From: Dehalococcoidia bacterium | GTDB lineage: Bacteria > Chloroflexota > Dehalococcoidia > UBA2979 | Assembly (NCBI GenBank): GCA_965204835.1 | Contig: OZ242017.1 | Location: 2,182,066 to 2,246,065, forward strand | Direction of reading: 5' to 3' | Length of the DNA stretch: 64,000 nt | Part shown: one piece after another, positions 37,860 to 48,353 of the stretch | Layout: the number at the start of each line of letters is the position of its first letter | Position numbering within the stretch: position 1 is the stretch's first letter | Translations under genes and position numbers: made by a program | The notes under the pieces: generated by a model | Seen by the model: the letters and a program-made list of their open reading frames with translations, nothing else | Databases searched by the model: none | What the model was told of the DNA's origin: nothing

Positions 37860-39162
37860 CTAACGCGCCCCGGCACCCTCGCGCTCCTCGGCCCCGCGGC
37901 GCGCCTCCCCCACCACCGTCGCGCGGAAGCCGGGCGCGAGGGCGAGCACGGCGACGGCGCCGACGACGACGAGCAGGGCGTAGATGATCTGGGCGGGCTG
38001 CGTGCCGACCGACTCGGCGAGGATGCCGCCGGCCGCGGCGCCCATCATCATCGTCGCGCGGTCGAAGGCGAGCAGGCCCATCAGGCGGCCTCGCATCTGC
38101 TCCGGCGCGGCGTCGAGCATGATCACCTGCACCAGCGCGAACGCGCCCGACTGGAACAGCCCCGCCGCGAACACGAGCACCAGGCACAGCACGATCCACG
38201 CCCGGCCCAGCTCGCCCGGCAGGTAGGTGCTCAGCGCGAACAGGATCAGCAGCGATCCGAACGCCGCCATCATCAGCGGCACCAGCACGCCGAGCCGCCG
38301 GGGCGACCTCGACGCGATGGTGAGCGCCCCCACCAGCGACCCCGCGCCGGTGAGCGACATCATCACCCCGAACCCGAACGGCCCGATGTCGAGCACCTCG
38401 AGGGCGAACAGCGGCGCGAAGAGCTGCATGAACGAGAGCCCGAAGGCGAAGTAGATCAGCGCGAGCCCGATCGCGCCGCGGATCGTGGGGGTGCGCCAGG
38501 CGTAGCGCATCGCGTCGCCCAGTCCCCCGAGCATCGCCCCGACGCCGGAGGTGGGCGGCGGGACGTGGGGCGGCACGCGCAGCATCGAGGTGGCGGTGAC
38601 GGTCCCCGCGTAGATGACGGCGATGGCGACGAACGCGCCGTTCACGCCGACGGCGGCGATGAGGAAGCCGGACGCGGCCGTTCCCGCGATGCGCATCGTG
38701 TTCTGCGTCGCCGAGAACAGCGCGATCGCGTTCGTGACACGGTCGGCGGGCACCACTGCCGGGACGAGCGACTGCCGCGCGGGCTGGTCGAACGCCATCG
38801 TGACCCCTCGGATCGCGGCGGCGGCGTAGATGTGCCACAGCTCGAGCAGCCCCGCGACGAGCAGCACCGCGAAGCTCACGTTCAGCACGAACGCGCCGAT
38901 CTGCGAGAGCTGGAGCACGCGCTTGCGGTCGAACCAGTCGATGGCGACGCCGGCGAAGATGCCGAAGACGAACTGCGGCAGCGTGCGCGCCGCGATCACG
39001 CCGCCGAGCTGCGCCGGCGACTCCGTGAGGGCGTAGACGAGGTACGGCCGGGCGATGTTCTCGGTCCACAGCGCCGCCGAGTGGCTGGAGACGCCGAGCC
39101 AGAGCAGGCGGTAGTCGCGGATGCGCAGCGACGAGAACATGCTCGCCCGCTCTGCGGCCATG
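37860..39162 (-). CDS. MFS transporter (EntS/H+-antiporter-like, 12 TM)
   Basis: ATG 39162 (MAAERASMFSSLRIRDYRLLWLG...). MFS signature loops. The long upstream ORF extension is Arg/Pro-rich artifact. Confidence 0.85.
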
Positions 39163-39226
39163 CTCGCCTCCACCCGCGCGCCAGGGCGCTCGAACCACGA
39201 ACCTAACGTGCGCGTGAGACTGGCGT

Positions 39227-39826
39227 CTAGCGAGGGCGCTCCGCGTTCGACGACTCCTCGGCCAGGATCAGGTCGGCGAGGCCGCCGAGGTCCTGCACGC
39301 GCTCGACGCGCTCGTGGTACGGGAGGTCGCGGTTGCGCGGCCAGTCGCGCAGGAAGGGCCGCTTCTCGGAGCGCTCGGCGATGAGCTGGGCGGTGCGGCC
39401 GTCGTCGTCGATGTGCTCGTCGGCCTCGAGGACGAGGAGCGCGCCGAGCTTGAAGTGGGGGCTCGGCAGGCCCGTGATGTTCCAGTAGGCGTTGTCCAGG
39501 TACGGCTCGAAGCCGTGCCAGCGCAGCCAGTGGATCGGCGAGCTGCGCCGCCCGGTCAGGATGGCGAGCCGTCGCACCTCGCACAGCCGCGCCAGCGCCT
39601 CCTCGATCCCGGGGAGCGGGCGGCGGAAGTCGAACCGCAGGTGGTCGATCGGCCACGACAGCCACTTCGGCGGCACCACTGCGCGGTGCGGGCGCTCGGT
39701 CGGGTCGAGGAACTTGCGGCTGATGCCGAGGTTGAGCCCGCGTTCGCCCCCGAACGGCGGGCCGCAGATCACGCCATCGAGGTCGAGGGTCAGGAGCGGC
39801 AGGCGCTCCCGCTCGTCGGTGGTCAC
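39227..39826 (-). CDS. HAD-superfamily hydrolase-like protein (5'(3')-deoxyribonucleotidase-like)
   Basis: HAD motif I LDLDGVICGP. GTG start overlaps the Lon-like gene stop (GTGA). Confidence 0.45.
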   Translation of the reverse strand: MTTDERERLPLLTLDLDGVICGPPFGGERGLNLGISRKFLDPTERPHRAVVPPKWLSWPIDHLRFDFRRPLPGIEEALARLCEVRRLAILTGRRSSPIHWLRWHGFEPYLDNAYWNITGLPSPHFKLGALLVLEADEHIDDDGRTAQLIAERSEKRPFLRDWPRNRDLPYHERVERVQDLGGLADLILAEESSNAERPR

Positions 39827-42354
39827 TCGCTCGCGCTCCCGGGCGGCGGCGGCTCGACCTCGACCGGCGGCTCGGGCGGCGGCTGCGGCGGGACGCCCGG
39901 GTGCGGCGGCGCGGCGATGCGGGCCGAGGGCACCACGGCCACGTCGACGCCGGGGACCGCGCCGCCGCGCAGCGCCTCGGCGAAGCGGCGCAGCCGCGCC
40001 TGCACGCGCCCGAAGATCGTGTCGGGCGGGTACGCGCCCTCCTCGTCCAGCTCGCCGGCGGGGACGCCCGTGAGCAACTCGATGCCCTGCTCGATGCGCT
40101 CGATGGCCCAGACGTGGAACTCGCCGCGCTCGACGGCCTCGGCGACGTCGGGGCGCAGCACGACGTTCGGGACGTTGGACTGCGGGATCATCACGCCCTG
40201 CGCGCCGTCCAGGCCGCGCGCGCGGCAGACCTCGAAGAAGCCCTCGATCTTCGCGGTCGCGCCGCCGATCGGCTGTATCTCGCCGCGCTGGTTGAGCGAG
40301 CCCGTCACGGCGATCGACTGCCGGATCGGCGCCTCGGCGAGCGCGGAGAGCAGCGCGTACAGCTCCGTCGAGGAGGCGGAGTCGCCGTCGATGTCGTTGT
40401 AGAGCTGCTCGAAGGTGAGGCTGGCGTGGAGCGCCATCGCCATGTCCTGCCCGAAGCGGTCGGCGAGGAGGCCGCGCAGGATCAGGAACCCCTTGTTGTG
40501 CGTCCGCCCGGCCATGTCGCTCTCGCGCTCGATGTTCACGATCGTGCCGCGCCCGGCCGAGACCACGCAGGTGATGCGCGACGGCCGCCCGAACGTGTGG
40601 TCGCCGAGGTTGTAGACGGACAGCGCGTTGATCTGGCCGACCTGCTCCCCCTCGGTGTCGATGAAGACCGTGCCTTCGTCGATGAGCTGCTGCATGCGGT
40701 CACGCACCAGCGAGGAGCGATACTCGCTCTCCTCGAGTGCGCGCTCGACGTGGTGCAGGTCCGCGACGCCCGAGGCGTCCTGGCCGGCCCAGTAGTCGGC
40801 CTGGCGCACGAGGTCCAGCAGCGAGCCGATGTTGGCGGAGAGCCGCCGCTGGTCCTCGACCTGGCGAGAGGAGTGCTCGATCAGCCGGGCGACGGCGTGG
40901 TCGGAGAAGCAGGCCATGCCCGCGCGCTCGCACTGGCTGTGGATCACCGAGGAGAGCCCGAGCATGTTCTCGCGGCTTCGCTCGAAGTCGACCTCGAAGT
41001 CCGCCTTCACGCGGAACAGCTCCCGGAAGTCAGGGTCGAGGCGGTACAGGTACGGGTACATCGAGGCGTCGCCGATGATCACGACCTTCACGTCGAGCGG
41101 CATCGGCTCGGGCCGCAGCCCCGCGGTGGGGATGAGGCCGAGGGCCTGTTGCAGGCTCTCGATGGTCAGTTCGCGGGAGTGCAGCGCGCGCTTGAGGCCG
41201 TCGTACGCGACGCCGTTCGAGAGCAGGTCGCGCATCCGCACCATGAGGTACCCACCGTGGCCGCGCCCGAGCGAGCCCGTGCGGATCATCGTGTGGTCGG
41301 TGACCACCATCCCCGCCTGCCCGATGTACTCGATGCGCCCGAGGAGGTTCTGGTACGTCGGGTTCGTCTCGACGACGACGGGCGCCCCACCGTCCGCGTC
41401 GTTGGTGATGAGCACGTTGACCTGGTAGCGGCGCAGCAGCGCATCGCGCTGCTGCTCGGCGGCGTCGCCGGCGGGGCGCTGACCCTGCGCCGGAGCGCGC
41501 AGGCGGTCGCGCTGGCGGACGATGTCTGCCCGCACCGCGCCGAGGAACGCCGCCACGGCGTCGTTGTCGGGGTAGAGCCGGCTCAGTGGGGCGAAGCCCT
41601 CCTCGATCGCCTCGGCCGCCACCTCCTCGTCGAGGCGGCCGAGCGCCTCGCGGGCCTCGCGCTCGAGGCCGCGGACCTGGAGCAGCGTGTCCTGCACCAT
41701 CGGCTCGATATCCTCGCGCGCGCGGCGCATGGACTCGTCCTGTTGCTCCTGCGGGAGCGCGGCGAACTCGTCGTCCGAGGCGGCCCGCCCGTCGATCAGC
41801 GGCGCCGAGATGATCCCCTGCGGGGTCATCTGCAGCGCGAACCCCATCTCGGCCGCACGGCGCTGGAGGCCCTGCATCAAATCGTTCCGGCGCTGGTCCG
41901 AGCCGCCCCCGACGTCCGCGCGGCGGCGCACGTACGCGTCGGCCTCGAACGCCTCGCGCACGTCCTCGATCGCCCGCTCGACGGTGAGTCGCGCCTGGGC
42001 CGCGAAGCCCGGCGCCTCACCGGGCGGCAACTCGATGCCGACCGGGCGGTCGGAGTCCTCGAAGTTGTGGACGTACACCCAGTCCGGCGGCGCGGGCTCG
42101 GACTCGGCCCGGTGGCGCAGGAACGCCTCGATGATCGAGGACTTGCCGATGCCGTCGGGCCCCGAGGCGTAGAGGTTGTAGCCGTGCGCCTTCATCCCCA
42201 GCGCGAACTCGATCGCGCGGGCGGCGCGCTCCTGCCCGAAGACGGCTTCGAGCGCGTGCAACTCCTCGGTGCTGTCGAAGGGGAGCGTCTCGGGATCGCA
42301 GCGCGCCGTGAGGTCCTCCACGGCTACTTCGAGGGCGCTCATGCGCTCGTCCAT
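39823..42354 (-). CDS. LonB-like ATP-dependent protease (COG1067; AAA+ module plus Lon Ser-Lys protease domain)
   Basis: ATG 42354 after a GGGGAGAG RBS (MDERMSALEV...). Walker A GPDGIGKSS, protease Ser in AVTGSLNQRGE and Lys in GATAKIEG. 843 aa. The 5' 2.1 kb of the track ORF is artifact. Confidence 0.85.
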   Translation of the reverse strand: MDERMSALEVAVEDLTARCDPETLPFDSTEELHALEAVFGQERAARAIEFALGMKAHGYNLYASGPDGIGKSSIIEAFLRHRAESEPAPPDWVYVHNFEDSDRPVGIELPPGEAPGFAAQARLTVERAIEDVREAFEADAYVRRRADVGGGSDQRRNDLMQGLQRRAAEMGFALQMTPQGIISAPLIDGRAASDDEFAALPQEQQDESMRRAREDIEPMVQDTLLQVRGLEREAREALGRLDEEVAAEAIEEGFAPLSRLYPDNDAVAAFLGAVRADIVRQRDRLRAPAQGQRPAGDAAEQQRDALLRRYQVNVLITNDADGGAPVVVETNPTYQNLLGRIEYIGQAGMVVTDHTMIRTGSLGRGHGGYLMVRMRDLLSNGVAYDGLKRALHSRELTIESLQQALGLIPTAGLRPEPMPLDVKVVIIGDASMYPYLYRLDPDFRELFRVKADFEVDFERSRENMLGLSSVIHSQCERAGMACFSDHAVARLIEHSSRQVEDQRRLSANIGSLLDLVRQADYWAGQDASGVADLHHVERALEESEYRSSLVRDRMQQLIDEGTVFIDTEGEQVGQINALSVYNLGDHTFGRPSRITCVVSAGRGTIVNIERESDMAGRTHNKGFLILRGLLADRFGQDMAMALHASLTFEQLYNDIDGDSASSTELYALLSALAEAPIRQSIAVTGSLNQRGEIQPIGGATAKIEGFFEVCRARGLDGAQGVMIPQSNVPNVVLRPDVAEAVERGEFHVWAIERIEQGIELLTGVPAGELDEEGAYPPDTIFGRVQARLRRFAEALRGGAVPGVDVAVVPSARIAAPPHPGVPPQPPPEPPVEVEPPPPGSASE

Positions 42355-42405
42355 CGTGCGGTCTCTCCCCGGCGCTACGCGGCCGCCCCAGCGGCCGATC
42401 GAGCG

Positions 42406-42434
42406 TAGCACGCTACCCGCTGTGCGCCGTGCTA
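42406..42434. promoter_or_regulatory. inverted repeat TAGCACG-N15-CGTGCTA in the divergent lon-like/qor intergenic region
   Basis: Perfect 7-bp arms at 42406-42412 and 42428-42434, about 45 nt upstream of the qor ATG. Confidence 0.3.
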
Positions 42435-42480
42435 GCATCCCGCGGTCGAGACGCGTGCGGCGATCACGAGAGGACCAGCC

Positions 42481-43467
42481 ATGCGAGCGGCCGTCATCAG
42501 CGAGCCCGGTGACCCCGACGTCTTCGAGATCCGGGAGCTCCCGGACCCGGAGCCGGGCCCCGAGGAGATCCTCGTCGCCGTACACGCCAGCGCGCTCAAC
42601 CGCGCCGACCTCATGCAGCGGCGCGGCGGCTACCCCGCCCCGCCCGGCATCCGTGGCGACGTGCCCGGCCTCGAGATGGCCGGTGTCGTCGAGGCCGTCG
42701 GCGAGCGCGTCACCGCGTGGGAGGCCGGCGACCGCGTGATGGCGCTGCTCGGCGGTGCGGGCTACGCCTCGAAGGTCACGGTCCACGAGCGCCAGGTGAT
42801 GGCGGTGCCGGACAACCTCGGCTTCGACGAGGCCGCCGCCATCCCCGAGGTCTACCTCACGGCCTTCGACGCGCTCTTCCAGCACTGCGAGCTGCTGCCG
42901 GGCGAGTCCGTGCTCGTCCACGCCGCGGGCTCCGGCGTCGGCACAGCCGCGACGCAGCTCGCCTCGGTCTCCGGGTGCCGCGTCTACGGCACCGCCGGGA
43001 GCGCGGAGAAGCTGGCGAAGTCCGCCGAGCTCGGCGTCGACGTCGGCGTGAACTACCACGAGGCCGATTTCGCCGAGGTCATCGCCGAGGACACCGGCGG
43101 CGCGGGCGTCAACGTGATCCTCGACGTCATCGGCGCGCCGTACTGGGAGCGCAACCTCGCCTCGCTCGCCGTGCGCGGCCGCCTCGTGCTTGTCGGGACG
43201 ATGGGCGGCGGGCGGCTGGAGACGAACCTTGGGCTGCTCATGGGCAAGCGCCTGCGCGTACACGGCACGGTGCTCCGCGCCCGGCCGCTCGAGGAGAAGG
43301 CGGCGCTCACGCAGATCTTCGCGCGCCGCCACCTGGACCACTTCGCCTCGGGCCGCCTCGTCTCCGTGGTGGACCGCGTCTTCCCGCTCGAGGAGGTCGC
43401 CGACGCGCATCGCTACATGGAGAGCAACGCGAACTTCGGCAAGATCGTCCTCCACATCGCCGACTGA
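42481..43467 (+). CDS. qor: NADPH:quinone oxidoreductase (MDR/zinc-binding dehydrogenase family)
   Basis: GroES-like N-terminal and Rossmann AAGSGVGTAATQLA motifs typical of Qor. Confidence 0.9.
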   Translation: MRAAVISEPGDPDVFEIRELPDPEPGPEEILVAVHASALNRADLMQRRGGYPAPPGIRGDVPGLEMAGVVEAVGERVTAWEAGDRVMALLGGAGYASKVTVHERQVMAVPDNLGFDEAAAIPEVYLTAFDALFQHCELLPGESVLVHAAGSGVGTAATQLASVSGCRVYGTAGSAEKLAKSAELGVDVGVNYHEADFAEVIAEDTGGAGVNVILDVIGAPYWERNLASLAVRGRLVLVGTMGGGRLETNLGLLMGKRLRVHGTVLRARPLEEKAALTQIFARRHLDHFASGRLVSVVDRVFPLEEVADAHRYMESNANFGKIVLHIAD

Positions 43468-43470
43468 GCG

Positions 43471-44592
43471 ATGAGCACCCTGCGCGGCCTCACGCCCGCC
43501 GGGCGCGCGAGTGTCGAGGCAGCCGCGCGGCGTCACCTCGACCTCGGCCTCCACTCGGGCGCGCAGCTCGCCGTCTACCGCGACGGCGAGCTGCAACTCG
43601 ACCTGCGCCTCGGTGCGGCGGCCGAGCCGGAGGCGCGGCTGCTGTGGTTTTCGGCCACCAAGCCCCTCGCCGCCGTCGCCGTGCTGATGCTGGCCGAGCG
43701 CGGGCGGCTCGACCTCGACGCGCCGATCGCGGAGCTGTGGCCCGAGTTCGGCGCGGGCGGGAAGGCGCCGTGCACCGTCCGCCACGTGCTCACGCACCGC
43801 GGCGGCTTCCCCGTCTTCCCGTGGGACTACGACTGGCAGCACATCGACGACTGGGAGGCCGTGTGCGCCGTGACCGCGGCGATCGAGGCGGAGTGGGAGC
43901 CGGGCACGGACACCGGCTACCACCCGGTCACCTACGGCTTCGCGCTTGGCGAGGTCATCCGCCGTGTGGACGGCCGCGCGCCGCGCGACTTCCTGCGCGA
44001 CGAGGTCTTCGGGCCGCTCGGCATGGACGCCTCGCTGGGCATCGACGAGGAGCGGCTGGGCGACGTTGTCCCGGTCGAGGCGATGTCCGAGGTCACGATG
44101 CTCGACCCGACGGGCAGCGAGCGGCGCACCTCGGACATCGTGCGGCGCTTCCGCCTCGACTCGACGCTGCGTGCGCAGATGCCGGCCGCCAGCGGCATCG
44201 GCACCGCCGAGGCGCTCGCCCGCTTCTACGACGCCATGCTCGACTCCCGCAGCCCGCGAGGGGGCTCCGACCGCCCCCGCCTGCTCTCGCCGGAGACGGC
44301 CACCGAGGCGACGACGGTGCAGTGGCGGTCGGGCTTCGACCGCACCTTCATGCTGCCCTCGTCGTACGGCCTGGGGTTCCTCGTGGGCGGGGTGATGGAG
44401 CCGTACAACGAGCGTGGGGTCTTCGGGCACTCGGGCCAGCAGTCCACGATCGGCTACGCCGACCCGGCCCGCGGGCTCGCCGTCGCGTACGTCACCAACG
44501 GCCTGCACGGCCCCACCGAGGTGCAGATGCGCTACGCCGACGTGGCGCTGGTCCTCGTCGCCGCCTGCGACGAGGCGGACCGGGCGGGCTGA
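43471..44592 (+). CDS. serine hydrolase of the beta-lactamase/transpeptidase fold (class C / esterase-like)
   Basis: S-x-x-K motif FSATKP, YxN-like and HxG elements. Confidence 0.8.
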   Translation: MSTLRGLTPAGRASVEAAARRHLDLGLHSGAQLAVYRDGELQLDLRLGAAAEPEARLLWFSATKPLAAVAVLMLAERGRLDLDAPIAELWPEFGAGGKAPCTVRHVLTHRGGFPVFPWDYDWQHIDDWEAVCAVTAAIEAEWEPGTDTGYHPVTYGFALGEVIRRVDGRAPRDFLRDEVFGPLGMDASLGIDEERLGDVVPVEAMSEVTMLDPTGSERRTSDIVRRFRLDSTLRAQMPAASGIGTAEALARFYDAMLDSRSPRGGSDRPRLLSPETATEATTVQWRSGFDRTFMLPSSYGLGFLVGGVMEPYNERGVFGHSGQQSTIGYADPARGLAVAYVTNGLHGPTEVQMRYADVALVLVAACDEADRAG

Positions 44593-44595
44593 GCG

Positions 44596-44973
44596 CTACT
44601 GGCGGCGCCCGCGCTGGCGGCGGCGGCGGCGCCTGCGCTGCGCGTGCTGCGGGCGCGACGTCGTCGGCTCGGTGGGAGGCGGCGGCGCGACGGGATCGGG
44701 CTGGGGCACGATCTTCCGCGCGATCCAGCGCGAGAGCTGGAGCGACCAGAAGCTCGCCGTCACGAAGAGCGGCATCGAGACCGCGACCGTAAGCCAGTCG
44801 CCGCCACTCGAGACGAACGAGATCACGCCCGCCACGAGCGACAGCACCACGGTCATGACCAGGATCTGGCGGTCCAGCACACCGGCAGTATGCCACCACC
44901 CATGGCGCAGCCGCCGCCTCGCGTCGGCGCTGATAGCCCCGCGCCGACCTATACTGGGGCCGTGACGGGACAC
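44596..44973 (-). CDS. small hypothetical membrane protein with Arg-rich C-terminal tail
   Basis: Two predicted TM helices (…VMTVVLSLVAGVISFV…, …VAVSMPLFVTASFW…). It fills an otherwise empty 480-bp gap. GTG start. Confidence 0.3.
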   Translation of the reverse strand: MSRHGPSIGRRGAISADARRRLRHGWWHTAGVLDRQILVMTVVLSLVAGVISFVSSGGDWLTVAVSMPLFVTASFWSLQLSRWIARKIVPQPDPVAPPPPTEPTTSRPQHAQRRRRRRRQRGRRQ

Positions 44974-45027
44974 GGAATCGACGATGCCTCACAACACGCC
45001 CCGGACGGCTCGTCCCGGCGCGTTACC

Positions 45028-45053
45028 GCCTCGCGCGAAACTCCGCGCGAGGC
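45028..45053. promoter_or_regulatory. perfect 10-bp-stem palindrome/hairpin GCCTCGCGCG-aaactc-CGCGCGAGGC upstream of menF
   Basis: Read directly from the sequence. It ends 20 nt before the proposed menF GTG. Confidence 0.4.
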
Positions 45054-45072
45054 CGACCAGTCCGGGCAGCCC

Positions 45073-46437
45073 GTGACCCGCCCGGTCGACCCGCAGGGCA
45101 CGCCATCGCGGGACGCCGAGCCCGAGACCGCCGCGGCGGGACGCTTCCACGTCGTCGAGTTGCCCGAGCGGTTCGACCCCCGGGTGCTGCTCAGCGGCGC
45201 GACCGCATCGATGGTGGACGCGTACTACGAGCGCCCCGACCAGGATCTCGTGCTCGCGGGCATCGGCGTGGCCGCGCGCGTCACGGCTCCGGCCGGCCGC
45301 GGCGCGACCGCGCTCCGCGAGCCCGTCCGCGAGCTCCTCGGCGCGTGGGACGGCCCGAACCGGCAGGCGCTGCGCCCCCGGCTCCTCGGCGGCTTCGCGT
45401 TCGACAACACCGCGCCGGGTGGGGCGCAGTGGGCCGGCTTCGACGCCGGATGGCTGCTGCTGCCGCGCCTGCTCTTCATCCGCGAGGGCGGCGTGTCCGG
45501 CGTCGTGATCGCCCCCGACGTGGACCGCGAGGAGCTCTACAGCCTGCTCGCCGACCTCGCCGCCCGCGACCCCGACGACGGCGACGGCGCGGACGCCGAG
45601 GAGACATCGCTGCGAGTGCTCTGGGACGTGAACCGCCCCGCCCTGCTGATGGGCGTTGCCAGCGTGGCAGCTGACATCCGCGCGGGCGCGTACGAGAAGG
45701 CCGTGCTCGCGGCGACCCGCGAGCTGGAAGCCGGCCGCCCCATCGAGCCTGGCGTGGCGCTCGCCCGGCTGCGCGAGGGCTACTCGAACTGTCACCTCTT
45801 CAGCTACCGCGCCAACGACGGCATCTTCCTGGGAGCCAGCCCCGAGCAGCTCGCCGGACTCCGCGACGGGCGCATCACCACGCTCGGCCTCGCCGGCTCC
45901 ATCCGCCGCGGACCCACGCCCGAGGAGGACGAGGAGCTCGGCAACGCACTCCTGAACAGCGTGAAGGACCGCATCGAGCACACCATCGTCGTGCGCGCGC
46001 TGCGCGAGGGTCTCGCCGACCTCGGCAGCGACCTGCACGCCCCCAACCAGCCGGTGCTGCGGCGTCTGCCCAACATCCAGCACCTCGCCACCGAGATCAC
46101 CGCCGAGGCGCGGCCGGGCGTCGACCTGCTCGACATCGTCGAGCGGCTGCACCCGACGCCCGCCGTCTGCGGGTGGCCGACGCCCATCGCGCGCTCCGTC
46201 ATCAACCGCTACGAGCGTTTCGACCGCGGCTGGTACGCGGGGCCCATCGGGTGGATCGACGCGGCAGGCGACGGCGAGTTCGCGGTCGGGATGCGCGCGG
46301 CGCTCGTGCGCGGCGCGCGCGCGTGGCTCTTCGCCGGCGCGGGCATCATGGGCGACTCCGACCCGGAGTCCGAGCTGGCAGAGATCGAGCTCAAGTTCAG
46401 CCCACTCACCACCGCCCTCGGCGGAGGCCAGCTGTGA
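45073..46437 (+). CDS. menF: isochorismate synthase (menaquinone-specific)
   Basis: Chorismate-binding C-terminal domain (…[26 protein letters not shown]…[20 protein letters not shown]…). GTG 45073 puts the conserved GRFHVVELP at the same offset as E. coli MenF. An alternative GTG lies at 44962. Confidence 0.8.
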   Translation: MTRPVDPQGTPSRDAEPETAAAGRFHVVELPERFDPRVLLSGATASMVDAYYERPDQDLVLAGIGVAARVTAPAGRGATALREPVRELLGAWDGPNRQALRPRLLGGFAFDNTAPGGAQWAGFDAGWLLLPRLLFIREGGVSGVVIAPDVDREELYSLLADLAARDPDDGDGADAEETSLRVLWDVNRPALLMGVASVAADIRAGAYEKAVLAATRELEAGRPIEPGVALARLREGYSNCHLFSYRANDGIFLGASPEQLAGLRDGRITTLGLAGSIRRGPTPEEDEELGNALLNSVKDRIEHTIVVRALREGLADLGSDLHAPNQPVLRRLPNIQHLATEITAEARPGVDLLDIVERLHPTPAVCGWPTPIARSVINRYERFDRGWYAGPIGWIDAAGDGEFAVGMRAALVRGARAWLFAGAGIMGDSDPESELAEIELKFSPLTTALGGGQL

Positions 46438-48347
46438 CGACCGAGGGGACGGCGGGGGCGCTCTACCGCTACATCGGCGCCTTCATCGCGCAGCTGGCGC
46501 GCAGCGGCGTGCACCACGCCGTGATCGCGCCCGGCTCACGCTCGACGCCGCTCACGCTCGCCCTCGACCACCACGCCTCGGTCAAGACCTGGCTGCACCT
46601 GGACGAGCGCGCCGCCGGTTACTTCGCGCTCGGCCTCGCGCGCCAGCTCAACGAGCCGGTGGCGGTGGTGACCACCTCCGGCACGGCGTCCGCGAACCTG
46701 CTCCCCTCGATCGTCGAGGCGTCGCTGTCGCGCGTCCCGCTCATCGCGCTGACGGCGGACCGGCCGCCCGAGCTGCGCGACATCGGCGCGAACCAGACGA
46801 TCGACCAGACCGGGCTCTTCGGCAGCCACACCCGCTGGGCGGTCGAGCTACCCACGACCGACGGCAGCGAGGCGCTCGAGGGTTACGCACGCGGCATCGC
46901 CGCCCGTGCGGTGACGACGGCCGCCGAGGCCCCGGCCGGGCCCGTGCACGTCAACGTGCCGCTGCGCGAGCCGCTGATCGAGGCCGGCTGGCAGCGCGCG
47001 CTCGACGAGGGTGCGGCGACCGCGCCCGTCGACGTCTCGCCCAACCCGATCGCGCCGTTCGAGCGGCCGCCACCGCGGCGGCCGTACGCGCCGGTGCTCA
47101 CACCCAAGGTCACGCGCCCCCACGAGCACGCGCGGACCGCCGCGGCGCGCCTCGTGGAGATGGTGCTCGGCCGCCGCGGGATCATCGTCTGCGGCCCGGA
47201 GACCGAGGCCCTCCCCGCCGAGGCGATCGACAACCTCGCGCGGACGCTCGGCTGGCCGATCCTCGCCGACCCGCTCTCCGGCGTGCGCTCCGGCCGCCAC
47301 AGCATGGTGCGCGTGATCGACACCTACGACGCGCTGCTGCGCTCGCAGCGCTTCGCCTCGCAGGCCACGCCCGAGGTGGTCGTGCGCTTCGGTGCAGCGC
47401 CCACCTCGAAGGTGCTGAACCAGTTCCTCACCTCGCTCGACGGCGTCCCGCAGATCGTCGTGGACGTGGCCGGCGGGTGGCGCGACCCGGACGCCGCGGC
47501 GTCGGTGATGATGCGCGCCGAGCCGCGCGCGCTCTGCGACGCGGTGGTGGACGCGCTCGGCGCGCGCAGGCCCTCGGCGTTCACCGGGGCCGCCAACGAC
47601 CCTGCCCGGGTCGGCGCGCCGTACCACGCCGATCCGGCGTGGCTGCAGTACTGGACGAGCGCGAGCCACACCGCGCGCGCGGCCCTGGACAAGCTGCTGC
47701 TCGACGGGTCCGAGCCGTTCGAGGGGTACGCGCCGGTCGCGCTCGCGAGCGCGATGCGCGACGTGACCACGATCATCCTCGGGAACTCGATGATCATCCG
47801 AGACGCCGACTCGTTCCTGCCGGTGCAACCCCGCGCGCTGCGCTTCCTCGGCACGCGCGGCGCCTCGGGCATCGACGGCGTCGTCTCGACCGCGGTCGGC
47901 GCGGCGGCGGCGGGGCTGGGCCCGGTCGCCGCGCTGGTCGGCGACCTCTCGTTCCTGCACGACCTCAACGGGCTGTGGGCGCTGCGCCGCCACCACCTCT
48001 CGCTCCTCGTGGCGCTGGTCAACAACGACGGTGGCGGTATCTTCCACTTCCTCCCGCAGGCCGACCTCGCCGCCGGCGAGTTCGAGGAGTGGTTCGGTAC
48101 GCCGCACGGGCTCGACTTCTCAGGCGCGATCGGCACGTTCGGCGGACGGCTGGTGCGGCCGGAGCCCGCCGAGTGGATGCCCGCGCTGCGCGGCGCGGCC
48201 AGCATCCCCGGCCTCACCGTCGTCGAGCTGCGCACGGACCGCGCGCGCAACGTCGCGCTCCACCGCGAGGCCTGGGCGCGCGTCGACTCCGCGCTCCGCG
48301 ACGCCGAGGCCGAATCGACGCCGCCGGCCACGGCCGGCGCGCGGTAG
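46434..48347 (+). CDS. menD: 2-succinyl-5-enolpyruvyl-6-hydroxy-3-cyclohexene-1-carboxylate (SEPHCHC) synthase
   Basis: ThDP-enzyme domains (…[11 protein letters not shown]…, …[12 protein letters not shown]…, NNDGGGIF). GTG overlaps the menF stop (GTGA). Confidence 0.9.
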   Translation: MTTEGTAGALYRYIGAFIAQLARSGVHHAVIAPGSRSTPLTLALDHHASVKTWLHLDERAAGYFALGLARQLNEPVAVVTTSGTASANLLPSIVEASLSRVPLIALTADRPPELRDIGANQTIDQTGLFGSHTRWAVELPTTDGSEALEGYARGIAARAVTTAAEAPAGPVHVNVPLREPLIEAGWQRALDEGAATAPVDVSPNPIAPFERPPPRRPYAPVLTPKVTRPHEHARTAAARLVEMVLGRRGIIVCGPETEALPAEAIDNLARTLGWPILADPLSGVRSGRHSMVRVIDTYDALLRSQRFASQATPEVVVRFGAAPTSKVLNQFLTSLDGVPQIVVDVAGGWRDPDAAASVMMRAEPRALCDAVVDALGARRPSAFTGAANDPARVGAPYHADPAWLQYWTSASHTARAALDKLLLDGSEPFEGYAPVALASAMRDVTTIILGNSMIIRDADSFLPVQPRALRFLGTRGASGIDGVVSTAVGAAAAGLGPVAALVGDLSFLHDLNGLWALRRHHLSLLVALVNNDGGGIFHFLPQADLAAGEFEEWFGTPHGLDFSGAIGTFGGRLVRPEPAEWMPALRGAASIPGLTVVELRTDRARNVALHREAWARVDSALRDAEAESTPPATAGAR

Positions 48348-48353
48348 GCACCC

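Noticed and set aside
39823-42354. Possible BREX system, because the protease resembles BrxL
   Set aside because: No PglZ, PglX methyltransferase, BrxC or BrxA/B genes are in the window. It is called a stand-alone Lon-like protease instead.
39901-42408. 835-aa plus-strand ORF antisense to the Lon-like gene. Other very long Arg/Ala/Pro-rich ORFs show the same pattern: 25899-28340 +, 29160-31622 -, 7958-9658 -, 12363-13904 -, 15982-17622 -, 10997-12907 +.
   Set aside because: Their amino-acid composition (R/A/G/P-rich, no motifs) is typical of stop-codon-poor antisense frames in about 72% GC DNA. In each case the opposite strand encodes a clearly recognisable protein family.
39823-44508. 1561-aa minus-strand ORF suggesting a giant protein
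   Set aside because: Only the 3' 843 codons (from ATG 42354 with a good RBS) look like protein, the LonB-like protease. The 5' 2.1 kb runs antisense through qor and the beta-lactamase gene, which are plainly real on the plus strand.
44644-45072. Upstream extension of the menF ORF (track start 44644)
   Set aside because: There is no ATG and no conservation. Alignment to E. coli MenF places the N-terminus at GTG 45073. The region more plausibly holds the divergent small membrane ORF and a promoter or hairpin.
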